Positions 5,544 through 6,179 of a DNA stretch of 6,179 nt are shown in pieces. Under the pieces are notes generated by a model. That model made no database searches, was not told the origin of the DNA, and saw only the letters and a list, made by a program, of their open reading frames with translations. Position 1 is the stretch's first letter. Every line of letters starts with the position of its first letter. The translations under genes and the position numbers were made by a program. Origin of the DNA: Octopus sinensis (taxonomy: Eukaryota); assembly GCF_006345805.1 (NCBI RefSeq), contig NW_021829774.1, positions 1 to 6,179 of the forward strand, read 5' to 3'.

Positions 5544-5849
5544 ATGGAGGATACGAAAGTTCCTTTTTGGCACTTAATGTTTTGGGAACCAGACAAAAAT
5601 TGCTGCAGCTCAGCTGGGATGTGTTACCCCACCCTCCATATTCACCAGATATTGCTCCTTCGGATTTCCACTTATTCAGGTCTCTGCAGAATAGTCTAAA
5701 TGGTAAAAATTTCAATTCCTTGGATGGCGTAAAAAGATACCTTGATGAATTCTTTGCCATGAAATCACCTCAATTCTGGGAAGAGGGTATTTTCAAGTTA
5801 AAGGAAAGATGGAGATGCATTGTGCAACAAAATGGTTCATATTTTCATA
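5544..5849 (+). pseudogene. Mariner transposase remnant: N-terminal ~15 aa fused out of frame to the C-terminal ~90 aa
   Basis: 5544-5588 reads MEDTKVPFWHLMFWE. In another frame, 5582-5844 reads LGTRQKLLQLSWDVLPHPPYSPDIAPSDFHLFRSLQNSLNGKNF...WRCIVQQNGSY. It contains the mariner YSPDLAPSD-type motif carrying the third Asp of the DD34D triad. The HTH domains and first two catalytic Asp are absent. Confidence 0.9.
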
Positions 5850-6028
5850 GGCGCAGGAGTGGCTGTGTGGTAAGTAGCTTGCTTACCAACCACATGGTTC
5901 CGGGTTCAGTCCCTCTGCGCGGCACCTTGGGCAAGTGTCTTCTACTATAGCCTCAGGCCGACCAAAGCCTTGTGAGTGGATTTGGTAGATGGAAACTGAA
6001 AGAAGCCCGTCGTATATATGTATATATA

Positions 6029-6059
<31 letters not shown>

Positions 6060-6179
6060 ATATATCGTATCGTGTGTGTGTGTTTGTGTGTCTGTGTTTA
6101 TCCCCCTAGCATTGCGTGACAACCAATGCTGGTGTGTTTATGTCCCCGTTACTTAGCGGTTTCGGCAAAAAGACCGATA
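5850..6179 (+). mobile_element. SINE family B, intact 5' end, runs off the window
   Basis: GGCGCAGGAGTGGCTGTGTGG (A-box-like 5860-5871), B-box GGTTCAGTCCC (5903-5913), CORE-like ACCTTGGGCAAGTGTCTTC (5924-5942), internal (TA)n(TG)n at ~6012-6100, then the 3' module GCATTGCGTGACAACCAATGCTGGTGTG. Confidence 0.93.

Larger units (their letters stand above)
5362..5849 (+). mobile_element. Mariner (Tc1/mariner) DNA transposon, internally deleted; right end not in window
   Basis: TA (5360-61) precedes the TIR-like TTGGGTTGTCCAGAAAGTTCATGCCGATTT, then ~150 bp of 5' UTR, an ATG at 5544 and the transposase C-terminus with LPHPPYSPDIAPSDFHLF. Interrupted by a SINE at 5850. Confidence 0.9.

Noticed and set aside
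5850-5920. tRNA gene (also the family A heads)
   Set aside because: A and B boxes are present, but there is no complete cloverleaf or acceptor stem and they are fused to SINE bodies.
5567-5950. 127-aa ORF as an intact transposase or SETMAR-like gene
   Set aside because: It has a TTG start, lacks the HTH and two catalytic Asp, and its last ~34 aa are read-through into SINE B.

Overview
This is AT-rich eukaryotic non-coding DNA, almost entirely transposon-derived or microsatellite. The SINE types point to an octopod cephalopod, probably Octopus (recognition from memory, no search run). No intact protein-coding gene is supportable. Contents: (1) about eight copies or fragments of a tRNA-derived SINE ('family A', Pol III A/B boxes, central GCCTTTCATCCTTTCGGGGTCGATAAATTAAGTACCAG domain), including a head-to-tail array at 388-1274 with a recent 200-bp duplication; (2) five copies or fragments of a longer tRNA/CORE-type SINE with an internal TA/TG microsatellite ('family B'); (3) the 3' end of a probable LINE whose tail is shared with one family-A variant; (4) an internally deleted mariner (left TIR, transposase N-terminus fused out of frame to the C-terminus) interrupted by a SINE; (5) a ~190-bp Penelope-like remnant carrying a degenerate minimal hammerhead ribozyme motif; (6) a ~580-bp GAA/AAAG purine tract and many (AAT)n, (TA)n and (CA)n arrays. 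The most notable signals are the hammerhead motif, the LINE/SINE tail sharing, a chain of same-strand retroposons separated by (AAT)n, and a microhomology-type deletion junction in the mariner. I see no evidence for a wholly new multi-gene system.
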